Assembly (NCBI RefSeq): GCF_000015225.1
Contig: NC_008698.1
Span: 930,001 to 962,000 of the forward strand
Source: Thermofilum pendens Hrk 5
GTDB lineage: Archaea; Thermoproteota; Thermoprotei; Thermofilales; Thermofilaceae
Direction of reading: 5' to 3'
DNA length: 32,000 bases
Below the pieces are notes generated by a model that saw only the letters and a list, made by a program, of their open reading frames with translations, made no database searches and had not been told where the DNA came from. This document shows positions 22,110-31,235 of this stretch, piece after piece (within the stretch, counting starts at the first letter, position 1; each line of letters opens with the position of its first letter). The position numbers and the translations under genes are program-made.

Positions 22110-23239
22110 AACACCCTCTCGTAGATGTCCCGCACTATCTCCTCCGTCACCTCGAAGGGGGCGTTCGAGAGGTTCCTCTTGTACTTCAACCCCTCCCGGA
22201 CGTAGTCGTCCAGCTCCTCCCTCCGAACCCCGAGCCCGCTCAGCGACGTCGGGGCTCCCACCTCCCTGCATAGCTCCTTGAAGAGCCCCCTCAGCCCTCC
22301 GACCCCCGTGGCCCCCACGTGCTCGGCGAACAGCCTGGCTCTCTCCGGCGCGTACTTCTCGTAGTACTCAAGGGCCCCCAGGAGGGGCACGGTGTTCGCG
22401 AAGCCGTGGGGTAGGTTTAGCCTCGTTGTGAGGGGGTATCCGAGCCCGTGCCCTATGTTGGTACCGGTGTAGTTGATAGCGTAGCCTGCCAGCATGCTCG
22501 CGTACAGCATCCACTCCCTGCAGTCCAGGAAGCCCTCCACGGCGCAGGGTAGCTTGCGGAACGCTATCCTGGAAGCCTCCAGCGCGAACATGTCGGTGAA
22601 GGGTGTCGCCCTGGAGCTGAAGAACGCCTCGATGGCGTGGGAGAGCGCGTCCAGCCCCGTGCTGGCCGACTGGTCGCTCGGTAGGTGCTTCAGCACGAGG
22701 GGGTCGAGGACGGCGAGCGTCGGTAGGAGCCCGCTCCCGGAGACGGCGACCTTCATGCCCGTCTCCCTGTCGACGAGGACGGAGTACTTCGTCACCTCGC
22801 TCCCGGTTCCGTGGGTTGTGGGCACGGCTACGAGCGGCCTGAGTTTCTCCTCGACGTTGCGGGGCCACAGGTAGTCCTTAGCGCTGCCCCCGAGGCTGTA
22901 CACAACGTTAGCCGCCTTAGCGACGTCTATCACGCTTCCCCCGCCGAACGCTACGAAGAAGTCTACGCCCGCCTTCCGCGCCGCCTCGGCGCACCTGTCT
23001 GCAGTCTCGATGGTGGGGTTCGGCTCCACCTCCGAGAAGAAGTAGACCTCGACGCCCGCGGACTCGAGCTGGCTCTTTATGAGGGAGTCGTAGCCGTACT
23101 TCTTGGCGAACTGCCGGCCCGTGACTACGAGGGCTTTCCCGCCGAGCCCCTTCACGAGCTCGCCCAGCCTGTTGAGGGAGCCTCTCTCGAAAACAACGGT
23201 CGTCGGGTGCTTATGGGTGAACCTTAACCCTGCGGACAC
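22106..23239 (-). CDS. iron-containing (group III) alcohol dehydrogenase family protein
   Basis: 'FFVAFGGGSVIDVAKA', 'VAVPTTHGTGSE', 'LDALSHAIEA', 'GHGLGYPL'. GTG start. Confidence 0.85.
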   Translation of the reverse strand: MSAGLRFTHKHPTTVVFERGSLNRLGELVKGLGGKALVVTGRQFAKKYGYDSLIKSQLESAGVEVYFFSEVEPNPTIETADRCAEAARKAGVDFFVAFGGGSVIDVAKAANVVYSLGGSAKDYLWPRNVEEKLRPLVAVPTTHGTGSEVTKYSVLVDRETGMKVAVSGSGLLPTLAVLDPLVLKHLPSDQSASTGLDALSHAIEAFFSSRATPFTDMFALEASRIAFRKLPCAVEGFLDCREWMLYASMLAGYAINYTGTNIGHGLGYPLTTRLNLPHGFANTVPLLGALEYYEKYAPERARLFAEHVGATGVGGLRGLFKELCREVGAPTSLSGLGVRREELDDYVREGLKYKRNLSNAPFEVTEEIVRDIYERVF

Positions 23240-23278
23240 GCGGGTAGAAACAATGCCCGGGCTTATTTGCCTTACCCC

Positions 23279-23992
23279 TTATCTTTTCGCCAGGATCCTC
23301 AGGACGGGTATCTCCCTCAGATCCTCCTCGCGTAGGCGCTCCCAGAGTATACCCGGGGGCCTGGGGTACGCGCGTGCAGTCTTGAAGTGGGTGGTGGGCG
23401 TGAAGACGTAGTCCACCGGGACGTCGTGAACGTCCATCGGGACCTTCTCCACTACTTGGAGGTCATGAACCGTGGTGACGATCGGCGTCTCGTCGCTGAG
23501 CGCGTTTAGGGTTCTGAGTATGGCGTACTCGAGGTCGGAGAAGCCCCCGCCCTTCCCAACCCTGCCCCCAACCCTGTCCACAGCGACGCTTCCCGCGACC
23601 TTGAGGTCTACCCTCGGGAGGCTGTCCAGCACCTTCTCGCCGTAGGCGAAGGCGCCCCTAATCGTGCTCGCATACCTGTACTCCTCCTCCGGCACCCTGC
23701 CGGGGTCGAGTATCAGGAAGCCCTCCCGTAGCCGCGGGGAAGCCATGATCAGGGTCTTACCGTGCCGGAGCACGGCTTCGCGCACGTACCTCTGGGGCGA
23801 GTCGGGGTTGCAGAACACCACCCTCGCCTTCCTGAACACCTCGCTCTCCACGAGCCTCCTAGCCGCGGCGTCCGCCCCGCGGAAGTTCGGTATCCTGCCC
23901 CTCACGGGGAAGGGCGGGAGCGCGGCCCCGCTCCTCACGAGCCTCTCCCAGACCTCCTCCCGTATCCTCATCTTCTCCTCGCGCGGGTCCAC
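23279..23992 (-). CDS. 5-formyltetrahydrofolate cyclo-ligase family protein
   Basis: 'FPVRGRIPNFRGADAAARRL' and the overall ~235-aa layout match archaeal COG0212-type proteins as I recall them. GTG 23992 follows GGAGGTG by 7 nt and the upstream stop by 4 nt. Confidence 0.6.
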   Translation of the reverse strand: MDPREEKMRIREEVWERLVRSGAALPPFPVRGRIPNFRGADAAARRLVESEVFRKARVVFCNPDSPQRYVREAVLRHGKTLIMASPRLREGFLILDPGRVPEEEYRYASTIRGAFAYGEKVLDSLPRVDLKVAGSVAVDRVGGRVGKGGGFSDLEYAILRTLNALSDETPIVTTVHDLQVVEKVPMDVHDVPVDYVFTPTTHFKTARAYPRPPGILWERLREEDLREIPVLRILAKR

Positions 23993-23996
23993 GCGT

Positions 23997-24842
23997 TCAC
24001 ACCTCCGCGGCTAGCACCAGGGGCTCCTCCAGCCTCTCCTCCCTACCCCCGGCGCCAACCCCGGCTACCTCCGCCTTCACGCGCCCGCGCTCAGCGGTTA
24101 GCTTTACCTCGGATACGTAGACGAAGGTCTTCTCGACCCTCGATACTAGCCCCTCGAAGTCCGGCTCCCCGAGCCCGAGCACCCGGAATACCTGCTTGTA
24201 GGCCGAGAGGAGGAGCTGGTAGAGGTCGCCCTTCCCCACGCCGAGGAACCTGCCCCTCCTGAGCCTCCCGTAGACCTCCGCCGCCTCCTCGAAGCCCCTC
24301 CTGCGCAGGGCCTCCGCGACCTCGGAGTCCGAGAAGCAGAGCTCGCCGTCCCGGGCGGAGACGCACCTAGCGGCGCTGCGCAACCCCCTGTAAGCGTAGT
24401 TGAGCGCGTAGTGGAAGCGCCCGGCGAAGTAGTTCTCCAGGGAGAGCCCCACGCAGGCGAGCGCGTGCCTCTCGAGGAACTCTCGCGTCCGGCTCGTCAC
24501 GGGCGGCGAGAAGTTCAGTGCCTCGTAGAGCGAGGTGTCCGCGTAGAGGATCTTCCCGCCCCTCAGGATCTCGTGGGCCAGGAACTCCCCGTTGCTCGCG
24601 AGTTGCTTGAGCTCCTCCACCGAGAGCACGACGACTGAGAAGTCGGTGCCGAGAGCCTCCGCTATCGCCACTCTCTCCTCGGGCGGGACCTTCCCGTTCG
24701 TTATCACTGCCACGTTTATGTCGCTTAGCGGCGTGAAGTCCTCCCTCCTCGCGGCGGAGCCGAAGAGCACTACACCGGCGAGCCTGTCCCCGAGCATTGA
24801 GAGTAGCGCGGACTGAATGGACTCCACGATACCTATTACCAC
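23997..24842 (-). CDS. fused MNT-HEPN protein with extra C-terminal segment
   Basis: N-terminus 'GVVLFGSAARREDFTPLSDINVAVI' is the NTase motif, but DxN replaces DxD. The middle helical region 'YALNYAYRGLRSAARCV' is HEPN-like. About 60 extra C-terminal residues. Confidence 0.7.
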   Translation of the reverse strand: MVIGIVESIQSALLSMLGDRLAGVVLFGSAARREDFTPLSDINVAVITNGKVPPEERVAIAEALGTDFSVVVLSVEELKQLASNGEFLAHEILRGGKILYADTSLYEALNFSPPVTSRTREFLERHALACVGLSLENYFAGRFHYALNYAYRGLRSAARCVSARDGELCFSDSEVAEALRRRGFEEAAEVYGRLRRGRFLGVGKGDLYQLLLSAYKQVFRVLGLGEPDFEGLVSRVEKTFVYVSEVKLTAERGRVKAEVAGVGAGGREERLEEPLVLAAEV

Positions 24843-24942
24843 GCCCCCTTATATCAAGGTGCCGCGGACGAGGAGCCTTCGCGATGCCTTTAAGAGGCCG
24901 GGTACCGGTAGGCTCTGCGTGCAGAGCGGTGGACGCGGAGTC

Positions 24943-25362
24943 GTGGAGGACTGCGTGTTCTGCAGGATAGTGAGGGGGCAGCTCGACGCGCACTTCGTCT
25001 ACGTGGGAGGCAGGGTCGTCGTGTTCCTGGACAAGTACCCGGTGACTAGGGGCCATGCTCTCGTCGTCCCGAAGGACCACTACAGGGACGTCTTCGACGC
25101 CCCTGGCGACGTCCTCTCGGAGATGGTGTTCGTCGCGAAGGTTGTCGCGCTGGCGCAGAGGGAAGCCCTAGGGGCGAGGGGCGTTAGGCTGGTGATGAAC
25201 AGCGGGAGGGAGGCGGGCCAGGAGATATTCCACGCGCACATGCACGTCATACCCTACGGCACCGAGAGGATGGATAGGCGCCCGCTGACCCGCGCCGAGG
25301 GCGAGGCTGTCGCGGAAGCATTGAGGAAAGCCCTGGAACGCTTACTCGGGGCTTCTCGATAA
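24943..25362 (+). CDS. HIT-family nucleotide hydrolase
   Basis: 'CVFCRIVRG...DKYPVTRGHALVVPK...HAHMHVIPY' (histidine triad). I prefer GTG 24943 over track start 24817, whose first 42 codons overlap the divergent MNT-HEPN start region. Confidence 0.85.
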   Translation: MEDCVFCRIVRGQLDAHFVYVGGRVVVFLDKYPVTRGHALVVPKDHYRDVFDAPGDVLSEMVFVAKVVALAQREALGARGVRLVMNSGREAGQEIFHAHMHVIPYGTERMDRRPLTRAEGEAVAEALRKALERLLGASR

Positions 25363-25372
25363 ATGCACAGCC

Positions 25373-25380
25373 TTTATATA
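25373..25380 (+). promoter_or_regulatory. TATA-like box (TTTATATA) upstream of ATP-cone gene
   Basis: 29-36 nt upstream of ATG 25409, inside a 46-bp intergenic spacer. Confidence 0.35.
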
Positions 25381-25408
25381 GGTCGGTGCTGAAAATAATT
25401 GAAGGCTT

Positions 25409-25972
25409 ATGCCTAAGAAGGTTGTGAAAAGGTCGGGGAAAGTCGAGGAGTTCGACAGGGAGAAGCTCGTGCGCTCTATGGTGAACGCGGGGGCTCCGGA
25501 GGAGGTCGCGGTCGAGATCGCGAAGGAGGTTGAGTCGAAGGTACGGGACGGCGCCACGACGGACGAGATTAGGCGGTATGTGCTCGCGAGGCTGAAGGTG
25601 CTCGCGCCGCAGGCGTACGAGGCTTGGACGTTCTACGACAGGGTTGCGAAGGGGAGGATAACGTTCGAGGATGGCAAGTACGTGGTCGTGTCGAAGGGGC
25701 ACCTCTACCTGGGGCGCGAGGTCAAGGACGTGGGTCCGAAGGGTCTATCCTCCTCGGAGGAGGTCGAGGGGATACTCAAGGAGCTTGAGGAGGACCTGGA
25801 GTACGGGGTCTCCAAGGCCACTATAAACGCGAGGCTCTACGCCCTCTTCATGGGGGTCTTGAAGAGCAAGGCTATGCCCGTCGAGGAGAAGGAGAAGTCC
25901 ATCAAGCTGATAAACTCCTTCAGGGAGAAGCTGGGCTGGAAGCCCTACGAGCTGAAGAAGCCCCTCGCGTAG
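25409..25972 (+). CDS. ATP-cone domain protein
   Basis: N-terminus 'VVKRSGKVEEFDREKLVRSMVNAG...ATTDEIRRYV' matches the ATP-cone pattern. No zinc ribbon is present, so it is not NrdR-like. Confidence 0.7.
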   Translation: MPKKVVKRSGKVEEFDREKLVRSMVNAGAPEEVAVEIAKEVESKVRDGATTDEIRRYVLARLKVLAPQAYEAWTFYDRVAKGRITFEDGKYVVVSKGHLYLGREVKDVGPKGLSSSEEVEGILKELEEDLEYGVSKATINARLYALFMGVLKSKAMPVEEKEKSIKLINSFREKLGWKPYELKKPLA

Positions 25973-25987
25973 CGCGCAACGGTCGGG

Positions 25988-26893
25988 CTACCCCGGGCGC
26001 GCCTCCCCAGCATGGGCGCCGCGTCCACGAGCAAGGTGTGTGCCGTCGCAGCTAACCCCCCTGTCTATCAAGTCGTAGAAGCCCTCCCGGCACACGGCGA
26101 ACGTAGCCCCGAGCCCGTGGGCTATCTCCCTGACCGTGGAGAGGACCCTGTACCTGTAGCTCTTCTCGGCGTACACGTAGCCGTGTAGCCTGTCGCCGCC
26201 CTCGAAGTACAGCTTCCTCAGGCGCGGCTCCAGCTCCGGGAAAGCTTTGAGGAGGCGGGCCAGGTTGTCCGGCTTAACCTTGTACGTCGAGGAAACTACG
26301 TGCCTAGCCCCGGCGCCCACGGCCGCCTCTACCACTTCCCTCACGGAGTCCTCTGAGTCGTTGAGCCCGGGTATCAGCGGGTCCAGGCGTAGCACCACGG
26401 GTACGCCGGCCTCGGAAAGCCTCTCCACGGCTTTCACCCTCCTACTCGGCGGGGGAGCCCCCGGCTCAAGCCTCTTCGCGACCTCGTTGTCCATGGTGGT
26501 TATAGTCACTGAGACCACGCTCTGCCCCCTCGCCAGCAGGTCGGCGTCCCTCGCTACGAGGTCGGACTTCGTGACTACCTCTACGACGTACCGCCCGACC
26601 GCGAGCTCCAGGAACCTCCGCGTATACCCGTACTTCGACTCCAGGGGCTGGTAGGGGTCGCTGCTGCTGGAGATGTTCACTATGGAGCCCTCGGGTATCC
26701 TCCTGAGGTCCCCGTAGACTACCTTGAGGAAGTCTTTCTTGGGCCTCGGGTTGAAGAAGTCCCTGATGTAGCTGGAAGCGTAGCAGTAGAGGCACCCGTG
26801 GCTACACCCGGTGTAGGGGTTCACGGTGTACTTGAAGGGGCACGTGCAGAGGCTCGTAGACCTCCACGGGTCGAAGGGCCTCACGTATGCCAT
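25988..26893 (-). CDS. radical SAM protein (SplB/COG1533-like)
   Basis: 'NPYTGCSHGCLYCYA' carries the Cx3Cx2C motif near the N-terminus. ~300 aa, with a TIM-barrel-like alternation of strands and helices. Confidence 0.8.
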   Translation of the reverse strand: MAYVRPFDPWRSTSLCTCPFKYTVNPYTGCSHGCLYCYASSYIRDFFNPRPKKDFLKVVYGDLRRIPEGSIVNISSSSDPYQPLESKYGYTRRFLELAVGRYVVEVVTKSDLVARDADLLARGQSVVSVTITTMDNEVAKRLEPGAPPPSRRVKAVERLSEAGVPVVLRLDPLIPGLNDSEDSVREVVEAAVGAGARHVVSSTYKVKPDNLARLLKAFPELEPRLRKLYFEGGDRLHGYVYAEKSYRYRVLSTVREIAHGLGATFAVCREGFYDLIDRGVSCDGTHLARGRGAHAGEARPG

Positions 26894-26960
26894 TCGATTC
26901 CACCGTCATCTACTTGAATAGGTTTTTAAGCATCTCTGCGCGATTCTTCCAGGTGCGCTG

Positions 26961-27149
26961 ATGGGCGAGGAGGAGAGGCGGGAAGAGGATACCGCGTCGC
27001 CGTTCGCGAGGCTGGAGTACGAGGAGTGGTTGAGGCACCAGAACCCGCACCTGGGCGTCGAAAAGAGCGGCGTCGTCGTAAAGCTACTGTTGTTGCTGGC
27101 GGGCGTGGGCGCCCTGCTGTTAGTTCTCTACCTCGTCTTCTTCATTTAA
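26961..27149 (+). CDS. small C-terminally membrane-anchored protein (62 aa)
   Basis: Acidic N-terminus followed by TM 'VVKLLLLLAGVGALLLVLYLVFFI'. AGGTG 5 nt upstream of the ATG and a TATA-like TTTTTAAG at 26923-26930. Confidence 0.4.
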   Translation: MGEEERREEDTASPFARLEYEEWLRHQNPHLGVEKSGVVVKLLLLLAGVGALLLVLYLVFFI

Positions 27150-27203
27150 ACTTTTACGGAAACGCTTTAATGGGGTTTTAGTCGGCTTCTCCCCCGACAC
27201 GGT

Positions 27204-28217
27204 ATGCCGAAAGTGAGGATAGGGGTAGCCGGGCTCGGGAGGATCGGGAGGGTTCACGCGGAGATAATTCTAACACGCCTTGAAAACGCGGAGCTCGTCG
27301 CCGTCGCGGACGTCGTTGAGAGCCTTGCGCGGTCAGTGGGCGAGAAGTACAGGGTTAAGTGGTACACGAATTTCGACGCAATGCTCAAGGACCCCGAGGT
27401 CGACGCTGTCTTCATCACTACTCCCACCAACCTGCACAAGGAGATGATCGTCAAGGCGGCGGAGGCGGGGAAGCACGTGTTCACCGAGAAGCCCATCACG
27501 GTGACGGTCGAGGAGGCGAGGGAGGCGGTCAGGGCGGCGGAGAAGGCAGGGGTGAAGCTCATGGTTGGCTACATGCGGCGATTCGACGACGCGTACAGCG
27601 CGGCTAAGGCGAGGATAGCTAGGGGCGAGATCGGGGAGCCACTGGTATTCATAAACATCGCGAGGGATCCGGGCCCGCCGCCGGGGTGGGCGCAGGACCC
27701 GAGGCTGAGCGGAGGGATATTCCTGGACATGCTCAGCCACGACTTCGACATGGCGAGGTTCCTGGTCGGGAGGGAGGTCAAGGAGGTCTACGTGAAGGGG
27801 GAGGCGGCTCTCTACGACGAGATCAGGCAGAAGGGCGACCTCGACCTCGTCACGATAAGCTTCACGTTCGAGGGGAAGGGCTACGGCCTCATACACGGGA
27901 GCCGTAAGAGCGTGTTCGGCTACGACCTGCGGACGGAGGTGCTCGGCACGGAGGGGACAGTGTACGTAGGGTCCCAGGTCGACCCGAACCTGGCTGTGGG
28001 GACGAAGCAGGGGCTGAGCTACAGGGGAGTTCAGTGGTTCTGGTCTAGGTTCTACGACGCGTACGTCAGGGAGGACGAGGCCTTCGTCAGCTCTATACTG
28101 AAGGACGAGGAGCCCCCGATAACCGGCGTGGACGGGCTTAGGGTCGTCGAGATCGCGGAGGCCTGCTGGAAGAGCTGGAGGGAGGGCAGGCCCGTAACGG
28201 TCGAGCGCTCCGCGTAG
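27204..28217 (+). CDS. Gfo/Idh/MocA-family NAD(P)-dependent oxidoreductase
   Basis: 'VRIGVAGLGRIGRVHAE' Rossmann motif, 'HVFTEKPI' EKP motif, ~337 aa. TATA-like box at 27164-27173. Confidence 0.85.
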   Translation: MPKVRIGVAGLGRIGRVHAEIILTRLENAELVAVADVVESLARSVGEKYRVKWYTNFDAMLKDPEVDAVFITTPTNLHKEMIVKAAEAGKHVFTEKPITVTVEEAREAVRAAEKAGVKLMVGYMRRFDDAYSAAKARIARGEIGEPLVFINIARDPGPPPGWAQDPRLSGGIFLDMLSHDFDMARFLVGREVKEVYVKGEAALYDEIRQKGDLDLVTISFTFEGKGYGLIHGSRKSVFGYDLRTEVLGTEGTVYVGSQVDPNLAVGTKQGLSYRGVQWFWSRFYDAYVREDEAFVSSILKDEEPPITGVDGLRVVEIAEACWKSWREGRPVTVERSA

Positions 28218-28259
28218 CGCGCAAGCGTGCACGAAGCGCGATATTTTTTCTCGCGCTAC
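28214..28259. terminator. GC-rich dyad plus T6 run between convergent genes
   Basis: 8-bp inverted repeat GTAGCGCG (28214-28221) / CGCGCTAC (28252-28259) embeds both stop codons. Inner CGCGC/GCGCG stem and CGTGCACG palindrome. T6 at 28244-28249 on the + strand. Confidence 0.25.
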
Positions 28260-31096
28260 TCTTCCCAGTATTTCCTCGTCCTCGTGTAGTTAGCCTCGGC
28301 TACGAGGATGTTCCTCGCAAGGGTCTCCGGGTCCGTCCCCTTCGAAAGGATGCTCTTGGCTGTGGTAGGCCCTATCCCGTGGCCGGCTAGCACGAAGACC
28401 GCTGGGTAGCCGTAGGAGAGTACCAGCGAGGCGGACTGCCTGACTTTCTCCACGAACTTCTTCTCCTCGGGGGAGAGCTTCCCACCCTTCCGCCACTTCT
28501 CCAGCACCGGGAGCTTTTCCTCCTCGTACGGCCTAAGCACCGCTAAGGCCCTCGAGCCGCACTTGGGGCAGGAGGGGTACGCCTTCGCCTCCACCACCCT
28601 CATCGTGGCGTGCCAGTTGCCGCAGTGGACGCAGTAGAGTAGCACGTGGGTGTTCTCAATCCTCTTCACGACCGCGCTGACCATGCTGGAAACGGGGAGC
28701 TCGGAGGCCAGCGCGCCGGCCTTTACGACGGGCTTCTCGAATATAAGCTGGGCCAGCGGGCTCAGCTCGGGGAGCCTCTTGAACACGAGGGGTCTCCTGC
28801 CCTCCGAGACCTCCCTGACGAACTCCTCGACAGCCTCCAGGTCGAAGTACTCGAAGAGGCAGGTCCTCAACGCCTCCCTGTCCAGGGGTGTTCCCCTCAT
28901 CCTCTTCCTCAGGCTTGACATCAGCCCCGGCTCCGGCTTAGACTTCTTCACGTCGACTACCCCCATCTTGGAGGCTACGTGCGAAAACGCTAGCGCGTAC
29001 GAGTTGCTCTCTCTGACCACCTCCTCTAGGTTCCTGAGCGACCACTCGAGCCCGCTCCTCAGGCTCTCCAGCACCCTCTGGTCCGGTACCTCGTACTCGG
29101 TGACCACTAGGACCCTGTAGGGGTCTGCGAAGTACCTCGCTGAGGACCCCGTGTACCCCCGCACAGCGTGTGCGAGTAGGAGCGCGAGCAGGTTGTTGCC
29201 CTTCGTGCCCAGGTAGGAGTGCAGGGTTATAGCTGTCTTGCCCTTGTAGCTGGCGACCTCCGCGACGGCGTTGCGGTCGCTGGGCACTACGCCCAGTAGC
29301 CTCTTCTCCTCCTCGATTATCCTTACGAGCTTCTCGAAGGCTTTCTCGGGTATCGCGTACTCCTTCCTCAGCTTCTCGAGCTCCTCGGGGTTGCCGAGGC
29401 TTTCCCCGATCCTCCTGTAGAGGGAGCCCACCTCCCTCGCTACCTTCGCGTCCACGGGTAGGGTCATGCCGGTCCAGATGGGCGGCTCCCCGAACTCCTC
29501 CACGTTCTCGACTACGTAGACCTTGTTGGCATCCACGTCTACCTCCTCCACCGTCCAGGCTTTCCCGCCGAGTATTATCACCCTGCCCTTGTCGACCAGG
29601 GACGCGAACGCGTAGTCCAGCGCGCCTATAGTCCTCCTAGACGCCATGTCGACGACGTCGAAGGATAGGGTCTCCGGGATCATGGAGGCGGAGCCGTAGT
29701 AGTAGGAGATAGTCCTCCTCCCCATCTTGACGCGCTCTCCGTCGAACCTAACGACGCCTAGGGAGTCGAGGAACTCGAGGAGTTGCTTCAGCTCGCCCAG
29801 GCTAAGGTCGCGGAACGGGGCGGAGCGCGTGACGACCTCGTGGACCGTGTACACGTCTAGGTCCCGGTACTCGAGCACGAGGCCCGCCACCTGGTGCGAG
29901 AGCACGTCGAGAGGCTTCTCGTGGAACCCCTGCTTCTCGAGCGCCCTCAGGTACACTCTGCGCGCGAGGACCGCGGACTCGACTGCGTCCTCCAGGTACA
30001 GCGGGACTATGACCCCGCGGGAGACCTCCGAGAGGCTGTGCCCAGCCCTGCCCACCCTTTGCGCCAGCTTTATTGCCTGCCTGGGCGACCCGAACTGCAC
30101 TACGAGCCTCGCGTACCCTATGTCCACGCCGAGCTCTAGGCTCGACGTAGCGACGATCGCGTCTACCCTGCCGCTCTTGAAGAGCCGCTCAGCCTCCTCC
30201 CTCTCCTGGCGGGAGAGGCTCCCGTGGTGCACCCTCACGTTCAAGCCGTAGTCGCGGGCGAGAACCCTCCCGATGAACTCCGCTGTGTCGCGCGTATTGG
30301 TGAACACTATCACGCCGCCGCCCCTGCACAGCTCGGCGACGCGCTTAACCCTCCCGGCGAGATCTCCCTCCTCGTCGATGTCCTCTACTACCAGCTCGTA
30401 GGCTTTACGCTCGAACCACTCGACGACTGTCCCCACCCTCCCGCCTGAGAGTAGCCTGAGCGCCGCCTCAGGGTCCCTCAGCGTAGCCGAGAGCCCGACG
30501 ACGCGGAGCCCCGGCGAGATAAGCCTAAGCCTCTCGAGCGCCAGCGATAGCTGCGCCCCCCTCTTGTCGTCGAGTAGCTCGTGCACCTCGTCCACTACGA
30601 CCCACCGGGTATTCTTCAAGTGCTCCCTGTACCTCCCGTCCACCAGCAGGAACTGCGTAGTCTCCGGCGTGGTGATGAGCATGTGCGGAGGAGACTCGGC
30701 TATCCTCCTGCGAACCCTCTGCGGCGTATCCCCGTGCCTCACTTCCGCCTCGAAGCCCAGGGCGCGAAAAAGCTCCACCATCCTGTCGTATATGTCCCTG
30801 TTGAGAGCACGTAGAGGCGTGACGTAGAGCGCGTATATGGGCTTCCCACCCTTCTCGACGAGATCCCGGAGAACGGGCAGAACCGCCGCCTCCGTTTTCC
30901 CGGCACCCGTGGGGGCGGAGATGAGCATGTTGGGGTACACTCTGGAGAGCTCTAGCGACTTCACCTGCACGTAGTTCAGCTCCCTGTACCCAAACCTGGA
31001 GAGAGCCTCGAGGATCCTTCCGGGTAGTAGGTCCCCGAGCTCCTCCAACCTACGGGAGCCTCCCCGATCCCTCCCCTTGACAACTTCGCCAAGCAT
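28256..31096 (-). CDS. lhr: Lhr-type large DEAH-box helicase with C-terminal Zn-ribbon
   Basis: 'SAPTGAGKTEAA', 'VVVDEVHELL', 'LSATL', 'VATSSLELGVDIG', 'QRVGRAGH'. Long C-terminal DEAD-associated region with 'CVHCGN...CPKCGS'. Confidence 0.85.
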   Translation of the reverse strand: MLGEVVKGRDRGGSRRLEELGDLLPGRILEALSRFGYRELNYVQVKSLELSRVYPNMLISAPTGAGKTEAAVLPVLRDLVEKGGKPIYALYVTPLRALNRDIYDRMVELFRALGFEAEVRHGDTPQRVRRRIAESPPHMLITTPETTQFLLVDGRYREHLKNTRWVVVDEVHELLDDKRGAQLSLALERLRLISPGLRVVGLSATLRDPEAALRLLSGGRVGTVVEWFERKAYELVVEDIDEEGDLAGRVKRVAELCRGGGVIVFTNTRDTAEFIGRVLARDYGLNVRVHHGSLSRQEREEAERLFKSGRVDAIVATSSLELGVDIGYARLVVQFGSPRQAIKLAQRVGRAGHSLSEVSRGVIVPLYLEDAVESAVLARRVYLRALEKQGFHEKPLDVLSHQVAGLVLEYRDLDVYTVHEVVTRSAPFRDLSLGELKQLLEFLDSLGVVRFDGERVKMGRRTISYYYGSASMIPETLSFDVVDMASRRTIGALDYAFASLVDKGRVIILGGKAWTVEEVDVDANKVYVVENVEEFGEPPIWTGMTLPVDAKVAREVGSLYRRIGESLGNPEELEKLRKEYAIPEKAFEKLVRIIEEEKRLLGVVPSDRNAVAEVASYKGKTAITLHSYLGTKGNNLLALLLAHAVRGYTGSSARYFADPYRVLVVTEYEVPDQRVLESLRSGLEWSLRNLEEVVRESNSYALAFSHVASKMGVVDVKKSKPEPGLMSSLRKRMRGTPLDREALRTCLFEYFDLEAVEEFVREVSEGRRPLVFKRLPELSPLAQLIFEKPVVKAGALASELPVSSMVSAVVKRIENTHVLLYCVHCGNWHATMRVVEAKAYPSCPKCGSRALAVLRPYEEEKLPVLEKWRKGGKLSPEEKKFVEKVRQSASLVLSYGYPAVFVLAGHGIGPTTAKSILSKGTDPETLARNILVAEANYTRTRKYWEE

Positions 31097-31147
31097 CGAA
31101 CTCCCTTCTCCTTTCGCATGAACGCTAAAAAGGCTTTCAGCGCGCGT

Positions 31148-31163
31148 GTAGCTTGCAAGCTAC
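31148..31163. promoter_or_regulatory. perfect 16-bp palindrome GTAGCTTGCAAGCTAC in divergent promoter region
   Basis: Read directly from the sequence. A second 10-bp palindrome, TTGCGCGCAA (31192-31201), abuts the TATA-like TTTAATA (31203-31209) of the downstream + gene. Confidence 0.4.
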
Positions 31164-31235
31164 CATGCAAGGCGCCCGCCCCCCTTTTGCGTTGCGCGCA
31201 AGTTTAATACCTTGAGCAGTGTAGTTTTAGCGTCG

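Noticed and set aside
21525-22271. 248-aa minus-strand ORF
   Set aside because: Antisense to the THEP1 NTPase gene and running into the Fe-ADH 3' end. No motifs, Arg/Gly/Pro-rich shadow composition.
24817-24942. N-terminal 42 codons of track ORF 24817-25362 (HIT)
   Set aside because: They would overlap the divergent MNT-HEPN start and the shared A/T boxes. HIT homologues begin close to the CxxC-like 'CVFCRI' segment, which GTG 24943 provides.
24367-25080. 237-aa minus-strand ORF, plus several + strand ORFs inside 23664-24816
   Set aside because: They overlap the MNT-HEPN fusion and HIT genes out of frame or antisense. Low-complexity Arg/Gly/Pro composition and no motifs.
27333-28232. 299-aa minus-strand ORF
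   Set aside because: Fully antisense to the well-supported Gfo/Idh/MocA oxidoreductase. Pro/Arg/Leu-rich shadow.
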